Assembly: GCA_947589835.1 (NCBI GenBank)
Contig: CANQCT010000002.1
Location: 1-59,785, forward strand
Direction: 5' to 3'
From: an uncultured Clostridia bacterium
GTDB taxonomy: Bacteria; Bacillota; Clostridia; TANB77; CAG-508
Length of the DNA: 59,785 nucleotides
Shown one piece after another: positions 8,807 to 18,604 of this stretch (position 1 is its first letter; each line of letters begins with the position of its first letter). The position numbers and the translations under genes are program-made. The notes beneath the pieces were generated by a model. It was not told the DNA's origin, made no database searches, and worked only from the letters and a program-made list of their open reading frames with translations.

Positions 8807-11800
8807 TTATTCAAATAAGTCTAAAATATCTTCCTTAGATAATTTGTTAATAAATGTTTCTTCTGTTGATAGTATATCTTTTGAAAGTTTTTCTTTTCTT
8901 TCTTGCATTTTATTTATTTTTTCTTCTATTGAATCGCTTGTAATAAGTTTATATACTTGAACACTATTTTTTTGTCCTATTCTATATGCTCTATCTGTTG
9001 CTTGATTTTCACTTGATACGTTCCACCATGGATCATAGTGAATTACAACATCTGCTGAAGTTAAATTTAGTCCTGTTCCACCTGCTTTTAAAGAAATTAA
9101 AAATACTTTTACAAATTCGTTATTGTTAAACTCATCTACCATTTCAATTCTTTTGCTTACTGGTGTATCTCCTACTAATTTAAAGTATTGTATATTTAGC
9201 TTATTAAATTCATTTTCAATTATGTCAAACATAGAAGTATAACTTGAAAATATTAGTATTTTATGACCTGATTCTATTGCATCTTTTACTAAGTCTAAGC
9301 ATTGGTCTAGTTTTCCACTGCCACCATTATAATTTTCTATAAATAAACTTGGGTGACAGCATATTTGTCTTAGCCTTGTAAGTAGCATAAGTATTTTAAA
9401 TTTGCTTTTTTCAAAACTGTTACCATTTAGTTCTTGTGCTACTTCTTTTTTGGTTTGAAGCAAGTATGACAAATATATTTTTTGCTGTTCACTTTCCATT
9501 TCGTTTTTCATTATTGTTATATTTTTTTCTGGTAGTTCTGTTAAAACATCTTTTTTTACTCTTCTTAATATGAATGGACTTATTAGTTTTTTAAGTCTAT
9601 TTAATGCTTCTTTATCTTCTAATTTTAATATTGGTTCTTCAAATTTTTTCTTAAATTTATTGTAATTATATAAGTAACCTGGCATTATAAAGTCAAATAT
9701 AGACCAAAGTTCTGCTACTGAGTTTTCTATTGGTGTACCGGTTAATGCAAACTTTATTTCACCTTTTAAGCTTTTTAAAGATGTTGCATTTTGAGTGCTT
9801 GAATTTTTAATGTATTGTGCTTCATCTGCTATTATGTATTTGAAGTCCTTGTCTTCGTAGTTTTCTATATCTCTTTTTAATAGGTCATACGATGTAATTA
9901 ATAAGTTATAGTCTTTATAATTATTTATTTTCTCTTTTCTTTCTTCTGCTGTTCCATTAATTATTAATACTTTTATAGAATTGCACCATTTTTCAACTTC
10001 GGCTTTCCAGTTAAGTACTAGTGTGCTTGGGCATACTACAATTGATGTGCTTTTGCTATTTTTTTCTATTTCTGATTTTATTACTGCTATAATTTGAATT
10101 GTTTTTCCAAGACCCATATCATCTGCTAAAATTCCACCAAATTTATATTTTTCTAATGTTTTTAGCCATTTGTATCCTACTTTTTGGTAATCTCTAAGTT
10201 TTTGTTCAAAGCTTTTATCTATTTCAATGTTCATTTCGGAGTTTGCTATGGAGTCAACTAATTCTGTATATTTTTCATTTTTAGATATATTTATGTTTTT
10301 TTGGTTGCTTATTAATCTTTCTAAGTAAAAGCTTCTATTTATAGGAATATTAACTAGTCCTTTTTCCATTTTACTATAATCTATATCAAGAGTTGTGCTT
10401 AGTTCTTCTAGTAAATTCAAATCTTCATTATTGCTTAAGTCTATAAAGTCTCCATTTTTTAATTTATAATATTTTTTCTTAATTGTATAATCTTTTAAAA
10501 TATTTTTTATTTCATTAATGTCTATGTTTATTTTTGAAATATCTAATTCTAATAGTCCATTGTCTATTTTTATTCCAATATTTGAAATTTTAGGTTGCCT
10601 TATTTGTTTATTTTTAAATTTATCTGTTACTAAAACTTCAAAGTCGTTCATATATCCTTGAATTTTTTGTGACAAAAATTCATAAATATCATCTGTGTTT
10701 TTCATTAAGAAGTGTGTTCTGCCATTAATAGGTTCAAATCCGTCAAAAAATATTCTTTTTATAACTTCGGTTTCTGCTGGTATGTCTCTTACAATGTTAT
10801 TTTGTTTAACATATTCTTTGTGATTTTTTTCTAATATGTTAAATTCATAGTTTGAATAGCAAAATTTAAGTTCTAGCATAATGTTTCCTTGGTCATCTGC
10901 ATCTAATAGAACTTTTGATGCTAGCTTATCAACTATTAGGCCTTCTTTTGCTACTTCTGCTGGTAGATTATCAGTTCTCATATTTATTTTTGGCATAACA
11001 AATTTAGTAAATTCATCTAGTTTATCTTCTGGAATTAGCACATAATTATCACGTTCTAATGTCCTTAATAGTTTAAGAAGATTACCTTCCTTTGCTTTTT
11101 TATATATTTTATTTTCGTAAAGAATGTATATATTTTGGTTTGTATAAAACATAATATAATTAGAAATATTCATTCTTAATACGTATTCTTCAGATATTTT
11201 TTCATGTTCATTATCCCAATAATAGTAACTATATGTTTTTATTTTTTCTTTTTGAATAGTACATGAAATTTCTAGTTCTTCATCTGTAATTGTGCATACT
11301 TCGTTTTCTTTTTTATAATTGTCTTCATAGCAATTAAATAATATTTTTTTATCTGGAATTAAATTAAAAAATTCATCTATTTTGTCGCCTTTAATGTAAA
11401 TTTCTTTTTCTAGGAAATTGTTTCCACCATACTTATCAAGGCTATCATAGTAGTTCACCATTTGGGCATATTGTATAATATAGTCAAATAGCCATTTTGA
11501 ATCTTCAGCGAAGTTTTCTCTTTTAGGAATAAATCTTAATTGTTTCCCATAGTATATTTCTGTGCCATTTTTGTATGCTTCATATAAACTGCTAATGCTA
11601 TTTAATACATACATACGGCTTTGACCTATTTTTAATTTAATTGCTAATGTTTCGTCATCATATAGTTCTGCTGTAAATTCTAATTTTATATTAGTTGCAA
11701 GTTCTGATGGTTGCGTATGTTTGGCAATTAAGGTTTCATCATATAGTTCTGATAAATTAATTGTATCTGCATTTTGGTTATATCTATTATTTGTTTTATA

Positions 11801-12265
11801 TATGCCTATCATATAAAGGCCACTACTGTATTTATCTTGATATTCACGTTGTTTTCTTTCTTGTTCTTGCCTGATTCTAGCTTCTTCTAGCCTTCTTTTT
11901 CTCTCTTCTTCCTCTTTTTCGGCTAGCTTTTTTTGTCCTTGTAAAGTGCTAGCATAATGCGGATTTATTGCTTCCATAGAAGTAGCAATTATATGTTTGC
12001 ACAAATTGCCTTTGTAATAATCTTGACAAGTACAAGTGCATTCTGTAATAATATTACCACTTATTGTTAATGTTGTAGAATAGTTATCGTAATTCCCTTG
12101 TACTTCTCCTTCTATGTAATAATTATTTTCATCAATTTTATTAACTTCTTTAATTTCTGCAAATCCTCTTCTAAATATTTCTCTTCCTCGTGAAAGTCTT
12201 TCTTGTGTATAGCTTCTTGTAAATTGAAGCTTTTCTAAATTTAAATCTACTACGTCAATAATCAT
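8807..12265 (-). CDS. SNF2-family helicase with N-terminal SWIM zinc finger (YwqA-like)
   Basis: SWIM motif CTCQDYYKGNLCKHI. SNF2 motifs GGILADDMGLGKT, DEAQYIKN, ALTGTPIENS, and the helicase C motifs LISLKAGGTGLNLT and QATDRAYRIGQ. Start placed at M37 of the ORF (aggaga SD). Confidence 0.9.
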   Translation of the reverse strand: MIIDVVDLNLEKLQFTRSYTQERLSRGREIFRRGFAEIKEVNKIDENNYYIEGEVQGNYDNYSTTLTISGNIITECTCTCQDYYKGNLCKHIIATSMEAINPHYASTLQGQKKLAEKEEEERKRRLEEARIRQEQERKQREYQDKYSSGLYMIGIYKTNNRYNQNADTINLSELYDETLIAKHTQPSELATNIKLEFTAELYDDETLAIKLKIGQSRMYVLNSISSLYEAYKNGTEIYYGKQLRFIPKRENFAEDSKWLFDYIIQYAQMVNYYDSLDKYGGNNFLEKEIYIKGDKIDEFFNLIPDKKILFNCYEDNYKKENEVCTITDEELEISCTIQKEKIKTYSYYYWDNEHEKISEEYVLRMNISNYIMFYTNQNIYILYENKIYKKAKEGNLLKLLRTLERDNYVLIPEDKLDEFTKFVMPKINMRTDNLPAEVAKEGLIVDKLASKVLLDADDQGNIMLELKFCYSNYEFNILEKNHKEYVKQNNIVRDIPAETEVIKRIFFDGFEPINGRTHFLMKNTDDIYEFLSQKIQGYMNDFEVLVTDKFKNKQIRQPKISNIGIKIDNGLLELDISKINIDINEIKNILKDYTIKKKYYKLKNGDFIDLSNNEDLNLLEELSTTLDIDYSKMEKGLVNIPINRSFYLERLISNQKNINISKNEKYTELVDSIANSEMNIEIDKSFEQKLRDYQKVGYKWLKTLEKYKFGGILADDMGLGKTIQIIAVIKSEIEKNSKSTSIVVCPSTLVLNWKAEVEKWCNSIKVLIINGTAEERKEKINNYKDYNLLITSYDLLKRDIENYEDKDFKYIIADEAQYIKNSSTQNATSLKSLKGEIKFALTGTPIENSVAELWSIFDFIMPGYLYNYNKFKKKFEEPILKLEDKEALNRLKKLISPFILRRVKKDVLTELPEKNITIMKNEMESEQQKIYLSYLLQTKKEVAQELNGNSFEKSKFKILMLLTRLRQICCHPSLFIENYNGGSGKLDQCLDLVKDAIESGHKILIFSSYTSMFDIIENEFNKLNIQYFKLVGDTPVSKRIEMVDEFNNNEFVKVFLISLKAGGTGLNLTSADVVIHYDPWWNVSSENQATDRAYRIGQKNSVQVYKLITSDSIEEKINKMQERKEKLSKDILSTEETFINKLSKEDILDLFE

Positions 12266-12415
12266 ATTTTTTAGTTCTCCTATTAATATATTTAAAATTT
12301 TAAAACTTTTATGAATAATATAGCTGTTCACATAATATTTATATATTATTGCATATAATTCAAAAATAGTCAACTTTTTAAGTGTTTTTTTCGTATAATA
12401 TGTAATTATATAAAA

Positions 12416-13135
12416 TTATAATAGCAATAAGTATTTTCCATTTTTTATTTTTTGTATTACATTTAGTTTAATAAATTCTTTGAAAGCTTTGTTAACAGTA
12501 TATATTGAAATTTTTAAGGTAGTTGCGATTTCGTTTTGTGTTTTTAGTATAAACTTTTCTTCATTTGAAATTTGTAGTAAATACGCTATAATTTTATATT
12601 GATTTGCTTTATTGCTTTGTAATAAGTTTAAAAATTTTTTTATTTCTGATAATGAAATGTTGTTTTCATTTTCTTTCATTTTTATTTTTTTGAAGGCATT
12701 GTATGAATATTTATGGGCTGTTTTATTTGATTTTCTTGAAATCCATTGTAATTCAAAATGTGAGTTTTCTTTATTTAATTTTGTTTTTACTTTGTGATAA
12801 GATTTTTTTATATCACTTAATAATTTTATATTGTTATTAAATAATTTTGTATTATTATTTTTTTTAAATATTGGTATTGCAACATTGCAATCTGTTCTTA
12901 TATAAAATTTTTGAGCTATATTACTTTTTATTAAATTAGAGTTTATTAAATTTAGTACTTGAAATATTGCAAATATTTCACATTCTGTTGAATTTTCTAA
13001 TTTAATTTTGCACTTTTTGCCAAATGCTTTAATAATTTTGTTTTCTTGTGTAATAACAATAGCATAAGTTCCTATTTTAGTTTTATCATCAAAACTTGCA
13101 TCTGTGTAGATTTTGAATGCTTTATTATAGTCCAT
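12416..13135 (-). CDS. RNase H-like (RVT_3/RNase HI fold) domain fused to a C-terminal winged-helix DNA-binding domain
   Basis: The N-terminal KIYTDASFDD..GTYAIVI..STECEIFAI..IRTDCN..NKTAHKYS matches the D-E-D-(H) RNase H pattern. The C-terminal ..TQNEIATTLKISIYTVNKAFKEFIKLNVIQKIKNGKYLL looks like wHTH. Start placed at MDYNK (ggaag SD 8 nt upstream). Confidence 0.6.
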   Translation of the reverse strand: MDYNKAFKIYTDASFDDKTKIGTYAIVITQENKIIKAFGKKCKIKLENSTECEIFAIFQVLNLINSNLIKSNIAQKFYIRTDCNVAIPIFKKNNNTKLFNNNIKLLSDIKKSYHKVKTKLNKENSHFELQWISRKSNKTAHKYSYNAFKKIKMKENENNISLSEIKKFLNLLQSNKANQYKIIAYLLQISNEEKFILKTQNEIATTLKISIYTVNKAFKEFIKLNVIQKIKNGKYLLLL

Positions 13136-13323
13136 TAACATCGCTTCCTTTTTTAAAACTTTTGTTCGATTATAAAACATTATTATTTACTTGTCAATAC
13201 TTTTTTACTATTTAATTTATTTTATTCCTTAATTTATTGCAAAATATTTACCAATTAGTCTCTTTGAACTTTTTAAAATAAATGTTATATATTACTTATA
13301 AATAAATATGGAGGGGAAAAAAT

Positions 13324-13650
13324 ATGGCGCTTGATTATACAATTATTGGTCAAAGATTAAAAAAAGCTAGAATTGATAAAAAAATGACTCAAGAAAATTT
13401 AGCTGAAAAACTAGATGTTTCAATTGCTTTTTTAAGTAGAATTGAAAGAGGTAGTTCACATGTTAATTTAAAAAGATTAACTGAAATTTGTGATATTTTA
13501 GGAGTTTCTGAAGGTTTTATTTTAAATGGTGTTTCTAGTAACTCTAGTAATTATTTAACTTCAGAATTTAATGATATTTTATCTTCTGTTTCTCCTGAAA
13601 AGCAAAAGTTAATTTATAAAATTGCAAAGGTGATTAGTGAAGAAGAATAG
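13324..13650 (+). CDS. XRE-family helix-turn-helix transcriptional regulator
   Basis: IGQRLKKARIDKKMTQENLAEKLDVSIAFLSRIERG is a classic HTH_3 motif. It is divergent from the RNase H/SNF2 genes. Confidence 0.85.
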   Translation: MALDYTIIGQRLKKARIDKKMTQENLAEKLDVSIAFLSRIERGSSHVNLKRLTEICDILGVSEGFILNGVSSNSSNYLTSEFNDILSSVSPEKQKLIYKIAKVISEEE

Positions 13651-13975
13651 TTTTTATTGATTATGGTTATATTAAAAGTAAGAATTTTATTTCTTACTTT
13701 TATTTTTTTGCATTATAATATTACTTGTTAATGATTTTAAAGCTCGAATAGCACTATTACTATAAAAATAATTATATTTTAAAAATTATTGCGAATTAAA
13801 ATGCACTATGATATTATATGTAGGATGCGTTTTTATATTCATTCAAATTATTTAAAATAAAGTAAGAAACATCTTATAATTAGCAAAGCTACTGTCACTT
13901 AGGCTTTGTTATATAAAATTTTAAAAAATACTTAAGGAAAGGAAAAAGTGTATTATTATACGAAGGTATTGTTAT

Positions 13976-16219
13976 ATGAATTTTGAACAATGGAATGGTT
14001 TTAATAAATTAGGTGAATGGACTAAAGAAATAGACGTTAGAAGCTTTATTCAAGCAAATTACACGCCTTATGAAGGAGATAGTTCATTTTTAGTAGGTCC
14101 AACTGAAAAAACTTCTAAGTTATGGAACGAGGTTTTGGACCTTTATAAAAAAGAAAAAGAAAACAATAATGTTTTAGATGTAGATACGAAAACACCATCT
14201 GGAATTAATCGTTTTGCTCCTGGATATATTGACAAAGATTTAGAGGAAATTGTTGGTTTTCAAACAGATAAGCCTTTAAAAAGAGCAATTATGCCAAATG
14301 GTGGTATTAGAATAGTAGAAAAATCTTGTGAAAGCTATGGGTATGAAATAGATAAAGATATTTCTCATATTTATCATAATTTAAGAAGAACTCATAATGA
14401 CGGTGTTTTTTCAGTTTATACACCTGAAATAAGAGCTGCTAGAAGTTCACATTTAATTACAGGTCTTCCAGATGGATACGGTCGTGGAAGAATTATTGGT
14501 GATTATAGAAGAGTTGCTTTATATGGTGTGGATGTTTTAATTGCATATAAACAAGATGAATTTGCTACTACAGATTCTGATGAAATGACAGATGAAATTA
14601 TTCGTATGCGAGAGGAAATTCACGACCAAATAGTAGCTTTAAATGAATTAAAAGAAATGGCTGCAAGTTATGGTTTTGATATTTCAAATCCTGCAAAAAA
14701 TGCCAAAGAGGCTTTTCAATGGTTATATTTTGGCTATTTAGGTGCTATTAAAGATCAAAATGGTGCTGCTATGAGCTTAGGTAGAACTTCTACATTTTTA
14801 GATATATATATTGAAAGAGATATTAAAAATGGTATTTTAACAGAAGAATTTGCTCAAGAATTAGTGGATCAGTTCGTTATGAAATTAAGAATGGTTAGAT
14901 TTTTGCGTGCTCCAGAATACAATGAATTATTTAGCGGAGACCCTGTTTGGGTTACAGAAAGCATTGGCGGTATGGGTATTGATGGTAGAACTTTAGTTAC
15001 TAAAAATTCTTTTAGAATTCTTAATACTTTAGTTAACTTAGGTCCTGCACCAGAGCCAAATTTAACTGTATTATGGTCTAAAAATTTACCAGAAGGATTT
15101 AAAAAATTCTGTGCTGAAATTTCTATAAAAACATCTTCTATTCAATATGAAAATGATGATTTAATGAGGGCAACTTTAGGAGATGATTATGCTATTGCTT
15201 GCTGTGTTTCTGCTATGAAGGTTGGCAAGCAGATGCAATTTTTTGGTGCAAGAGCAAATTTAGCAAAAGCACTTTTATACGCTATTAATGGCGGTAGAGA
15301 TGAAAAAACTGGAAAACAAGTTACTCCACGTTTTGAGCCTATTACTTCTGAATATTTAGATTATGATGAAGTTATGGCTAAGTTTGATAATATGATGGAA
15401 TATTTAGCAAAAATTTATATTAAAGCTCTTAATATGATTCATTATATGCATGATAAATATTCTTATGAGGCTCTAGAAATGGCTTTGCATGATTGGCAAA
15501 GGGATGTTTTAAGAACTATGGCTTGTGGAATTGCTGGTTTATCTGTTGTTGTGGATTCTTTATCTGCTATAAAATACGCAAAAGTAAAAGTTATACGCGA
15601 TGATACAGGCTTAGCAGTTAATTATGAAGTTGAAGGAGATTTTCCTAAATACGGAAATGATGATGACAGAGTTGATGATATTGCAGTTAATTTAATAAAA
15701 ACTTTTATGAAAAAATTAGAAAAACACCATACTTATAGAAATTCAAGAGCTACCCTTTCTATTTTAACTATTACTTCTAATGTAGTGTATGGTAAAAATA
15801 CAGGTAATACTCCTGATGGAAGAAAAGATGGTGAACCTTTTGGACCAGGTGCTAATCCTCTTCATGGCAGAGATACTAACGGAGCTTTGGCAGTTATGAA
15901 TACTATTGCAAAACTTCCTTACGAATATTCAGAAGATGGTATTTCTTATACTTTTTCTATAACACCTGCTACTTTAGGTAAGGATGATGCTTCAAAAGTA
16001 AATAATTTAGTTACTATGTTAGATGGCTTTTTTACTCAAACCGGACATCATATTAATGTTAATGTTTTTGATAGGCAATTGCTATTAGATGCAATGGATC
16101 ATCCTGAAAAGTATCCACAGCTTACTATTCGTGTTTCTGGCTATGCTGTTAACTTTACCAAATTAACTAGAGAACAACAGCTAGACGTTATTAATAGAAC
16201 AATTCACGAGTCGATTTAG
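13976..16219 (+). CDS. pflB: Formate C-acetyltransferase (pyruvate formate-lyase)
   Basis: 747 aa with active-site CCVSAM and glycyl-radical motif [11 protein letters not shown] near the C-terminus. Confidence 0.97.
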   Translation: MNFEQWNGFNKLGEWTKEIDVRSFIQANYTPYEGDSSFLVGPTEKTSKLWNEVLDLYKKEKENNNVLDVDTKTPSGINRFAPGYIDKDLEEIVGFQTDKPLKRAIMPNGGIRIVEKSCESYGYEIDKDISHIYHNLRRTHNDGVFSVYTPEIRAARSSHLITGLPDGYGRGRIIGDYRRVALYGVDVLIAYKQDEFATTDSDEMTDEIIRMREEIHDQIVALNELKEMAASYGFDISNPAKNAKEAFQWLYFGYLGAIKDQNGAAMSLGRTSTFLDIYIERDIKNGILTEEFAQELVDQFVMKLRMVRFLRAPEYNELFSGDPVWVTESIGGMGIDGRTLVTKNSFRILNTLVNLGPAPEPNLTVLWSKNLPEGFKKFCAEISIKTSSIQYENDDLMRATLGDDYAIACCVSAMKVGKQMQFFGARANLAKALLYAINGGRDEKTGKQVTPRFEPITSEYLDYDEVMAKFDNMMEYLAKIYIKALNMIHYMHDKYSYEALEMALHDWQRDVLRTMACGIAGLSVVVDSLSAIKYAKVKVIRDDTGLAVNYEVEGDFPKYGNDDDRVDDIAVNLIKTFMKKLEKHHTYRNSRATLSILTITSNVVYGKNTGNTPDGRKDGEPFGPGANPLHGRDTNGALAVMNTIAKLPYEYSEDGISYTFSITPATLGKDDASKVNNLVTMLDGFFTQTGHHINVNVFDRQLLLDAMDHPEKYPQLTIRVSGYAVNFTKLTREQQLDVINRTIHESI

Positions 16220-16222
16220 GAA

Positions 16223-16519
16223 TTGTCGCTTTGGAGACGTTTCTTCACGCGACAACTTGTAGTTTTTGGGACAGATGTTTCTTTTTTATGTCAAGCTAAA
16301 GTATAATACATCTTGTGCCTTGCTTGTCGCAGCCAATCCAATGATTGGTAGGCTGCTCCACTCGCGCTCCGCACCAATGCTTGGTGCTCTCGCTTAATCG
16401 CTGCGCGGCAACTGCGATTGTATTATACTTTAGTTTGACAAATATATAAAATTTTATATTTAAAAATGTGTCCCCAAGGCGACAAGTTGTCGCGTGAAGA
16501 AACGTCACAAAAGCGACAG
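16223..16519. repeat. ~300 nt GC-rich nested inverted repeat (candidate structured RNA or MITE) in the pflB-pflA spacer
   Basis: Outer arms at 16224-16260 and 16481-16518 are about 37 nt and nearly perfectly complementary. Second-tier arms are ctaaagtataataca / tgtattatactttag. The GC-rich core has hairpins gcagcc..ggctgc and gcaccaa-tgc-ttggtgc. Confidence 0.8.
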
Positions 16520-16530
16520 AAAGGTAAAAA

Positions 16531-17250
16531 ATGGAAAGTTTAAAAGCTAGAATTCACTCATTTGAATCTTTTGGAACTGTTGACGGGCCTGGAATAAGGT
16601 TCGTAATATTTATGCAAGGATGTAGCTTAAAATGTAAATATTGTCATAATAGAGATACATGGGATTTATGTGGTGGTACAGAGTATTCATTAGAAGAAGT
16701 GTTAGAAAAAATAGAAAAATATAAAAACTATTTTATGCCGTCAGGTGGTGGTGTTACTGTTAGTGGTGGCGAGCCTTTGTTGCAATTGGGTTTTGTTACT
16801 GAACTTTTTAACATTTTAAAAGAAAAAAATATTCATACTGCTGTTGATACTTCTGGTAATTTTTTTATTACTGAGGATATTAAAAAATTAGTTGATTTAA
16901 CTGATTTGTTTTTGTTGGATATTAAATGTATTAATGATGAAATTTGTAAAAGTTTAACTGGTGTTTCTAATAAGCTGGAACTTAACTTTGCTAGATATTT
17001 AAGTAGTATAAAAAAAGATATGTGGATTAGGCAAGTTATAGTTCCGGGAATAACTGATAAGGAAGAAGATTTGCTTAAATTAAGGGAGTTTATTAATTCT
17101 TTAGATAATGTTCGAAATGTAGAGTTTTTGCCTTATCATGATATGGGTCGCTATAAGTGGGAAAACTTAGGGCTAAAGTATCCATTAGATGGTATTAAAC
17201 CAGCTAATATAGATGATGTTAAAAGGGCAAGAAAAATTGTTTTAGAATAA
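16531..17250 (+). CDS. pflA: Pyruvate formate-lyase activating enzyme (radical SAM)
   Basis: 239 aa. It has the GPGIRFVIFMQGCSLKCKYCHN radical-SAM CxxxCxxC motif and lies directly downstream of pflB. Confidence 0.95.
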   Translation: MESLKARIHSFESFGTVDGPGIRFVIFMQGCSLKCKYCHNRDTWDLCGGTEYSLEEVLEKIEKYKNYFMPSGGGVTVSGGEPLLQLGFVTELFNILKEKNIHTAVDTSGNFFITEDIKKLVDLTDLFLLDIKCINDEICKSLTGVSNKLELNFARYLSSIKKDMWIRQVIVPGITDKEEDLLKLREFINSLDNVRNVEFLPYHDMGRYKWENLGLKYPLDGIKPANIDDVKRARKIVLE

Positions 17251-17329
17251 TAAGAAAATCGTTTGCTTCGCAAACAACTGCCACGTGCTTCGCACGGGCA
17301 AACATAGGTAGATTAACCTTGTTTTCTAG
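17249..17329 (+). repeat. GC-rich ~80 nt palindromic extragenic element, family B, copy 2
   Basis: aataagaaaatcgtttgcttcgcaaacaactgccacgtgcttcgcacgggcaaacataggtagattaaccttgttttctag. This is the reverse complement of 3304-3384 with a few substitutions. Confidence 0.75.
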
Positions 17330-17365
17330 GAAAATGCATTTTAAAAATGCATTTTCCTAGAAAAT

Positions 17366-17410
17366 AAAAAAGCCTAGCAATGTTAGTTAACATATCGCTA
17401 GGCTTTTTTT
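17366..17410. terminator. Bidirectional terminator (pflA / small minus-strand ORF)
   Basis: agcctagc...gctaggct stem flanked by A-run and T-run. It is preceded by a perfect 18-bp palindrome at 17325-17361. Confidence 0.65.
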
Positions 17411-17413
17411 GTG

Positions 17414-17626
17414 TTAAGCAGTCTTTCTCACTTTCTTGTGATGGCGGACCGCCCTCCACTTGCCGTTAGGCAGCTGCTCGACAAATCCTTCGATTTCTAC
17501 CCAGCCACTGCTGGCGGGGTGTGCATCGCGGATTGCTTGCAGGGTTTTAAGGGCATCGCCCTTAGTTTCCTTTTGGTACGGAGACTCAAATATCTCCTCG
17601 TAGTCTTTTTCATTGTTGCTATACAT
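17414..17626 (-). CDS. Small hypothetical protein with strongly atypical (high) GC content
   Basis: 70 aa from MYSNNEKDYEE.. with the SD ggaaggag. Codon usage (GCC, CTG, CGC, GGC) is unlike the rest of the window. No family recognised. Confidence 0.55.
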   Translation of the reverse strand: MYSNNEKDYEEIFESPYQKETKGDALKTLQAIRDAHPASSGWVEIEGFVEQLPNGKWRAVRHHKKVRKTA

Positions 17627-17760
17627 TTTAAAATCTCCTTCCAAAAAATAATATAATTAGGTATAATTATATTATACTACTTTTACGGGTTAAAATCAAA
17701 TTAAGCTTTTGTTTAAATAACAATAAAAAAGGTTATTTGAACAAAAGCTTTGTATTTTTT

Positions 17761-18604
17761 TTACTCTTTTACTAGTTTTCTTAGCCCAAATGTTATAAAG
17801 TAAATTGCTCCTGAAATTAATACAATCATTGGTCCTGTAGGTATATTCCAGTAATAAGATATAATTAAACCAGCTATTCCAGAAAATAAAGAAAATATTA
17901 CCGAAAATAAATGATAGCTTCTCATACTTTTGGCAATGTTTCTACTAGATGCAGCTGGTAAAATAAGTAATGAATTAATTAATAATATTCCTATCCAGCG
18001 AATTGATATCATAACAATAATTGCAATTAATACTACAAAAACATTATCTATTAATTTTGTGTTAACTCCCCTACTTTTTGCAAGTGCCTCGTTTACACTA
18101 AGCACATTTAATTTGTTAAATGTAAAATACCAAAATACGAATACTGCAATAAATGCTAAAAATAAGTATAATATTTCTGTGTTGCTAATGCTTAGTATGT
18201 CGCCTACAAGATAGCTAGAATATTTATTAAAGTTTCCGCCGTGTGGCAAGCATTGCTAAGCCTAAAGCAATTGCGATTGATGAAAATACACTAATAATTG
18301 TATCTGCTCCATAAGTGGTTTTGTTTTTTACAAAATTTAATAATAATGCAAAAACAACTGCAAAGAAAATCATAGAAATATTCATATTAGTTATTCCAAG
18401 TACCATTCCAATTGCAATTCCTGTTAATGCTGAATGACCTAATGCATCTGAGAAAAATGCCATTTTGTTATTTACAATCATAGTTCCTAATATTGCAAAA
18501 ATTGGTGTTGATAGAATTATGGCAATTAGTGCATTTTTCATAAATGTATATTGCATAAAATCAAATGGTAAAATTGTTTCTAATAAATTATATATTAATT
18601 CCAT
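17761..18604 (-). CDS. znuB: Metal (Zn/Mn) ABC transporter permease, ZnuB-like; frame continues only after +1 shift at CGG (18239-18241)
   Basis: Two ORFs (18227-18619 and 17761-18249) together make a colinear ABC-3 family permease. The 0-frame reads ACA CGG CGG AAA CTT TAA. The +1 frame reads ACA c GGC GGA AAC TTT.. (..LAT-GGNFNKYSSYLVGDIL..). Confidence 0.85.

Noticed and set aside
12266-12373. N-terminal extension of the SNF2 ORF (similar extensions at 37485-37601, 40774-40854, 46307-46348, 23240-23263, 6890-6934)
   Set aside because: Internal start codons with good SD sequences coincide with the beginning of homology. The upstream parts are AT-rich read-through with no RBS.
16296-16508. 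70-aa minus-strand ORF between pflB and pflA
   Set aside because: It lies entirely inside the GC-rich nested inverted repeat. It has no SD, and its openness is explained by the high GC. I treat it as non-coding.
18227-18249. Overlap of the two znuB ORFs as a programmed -1 or slippery-site frameshift
   Set aside because: No heptanucleotide slippery motif is present. The junction is a +1 change at CGG CGG and is treated under the CGG finding.
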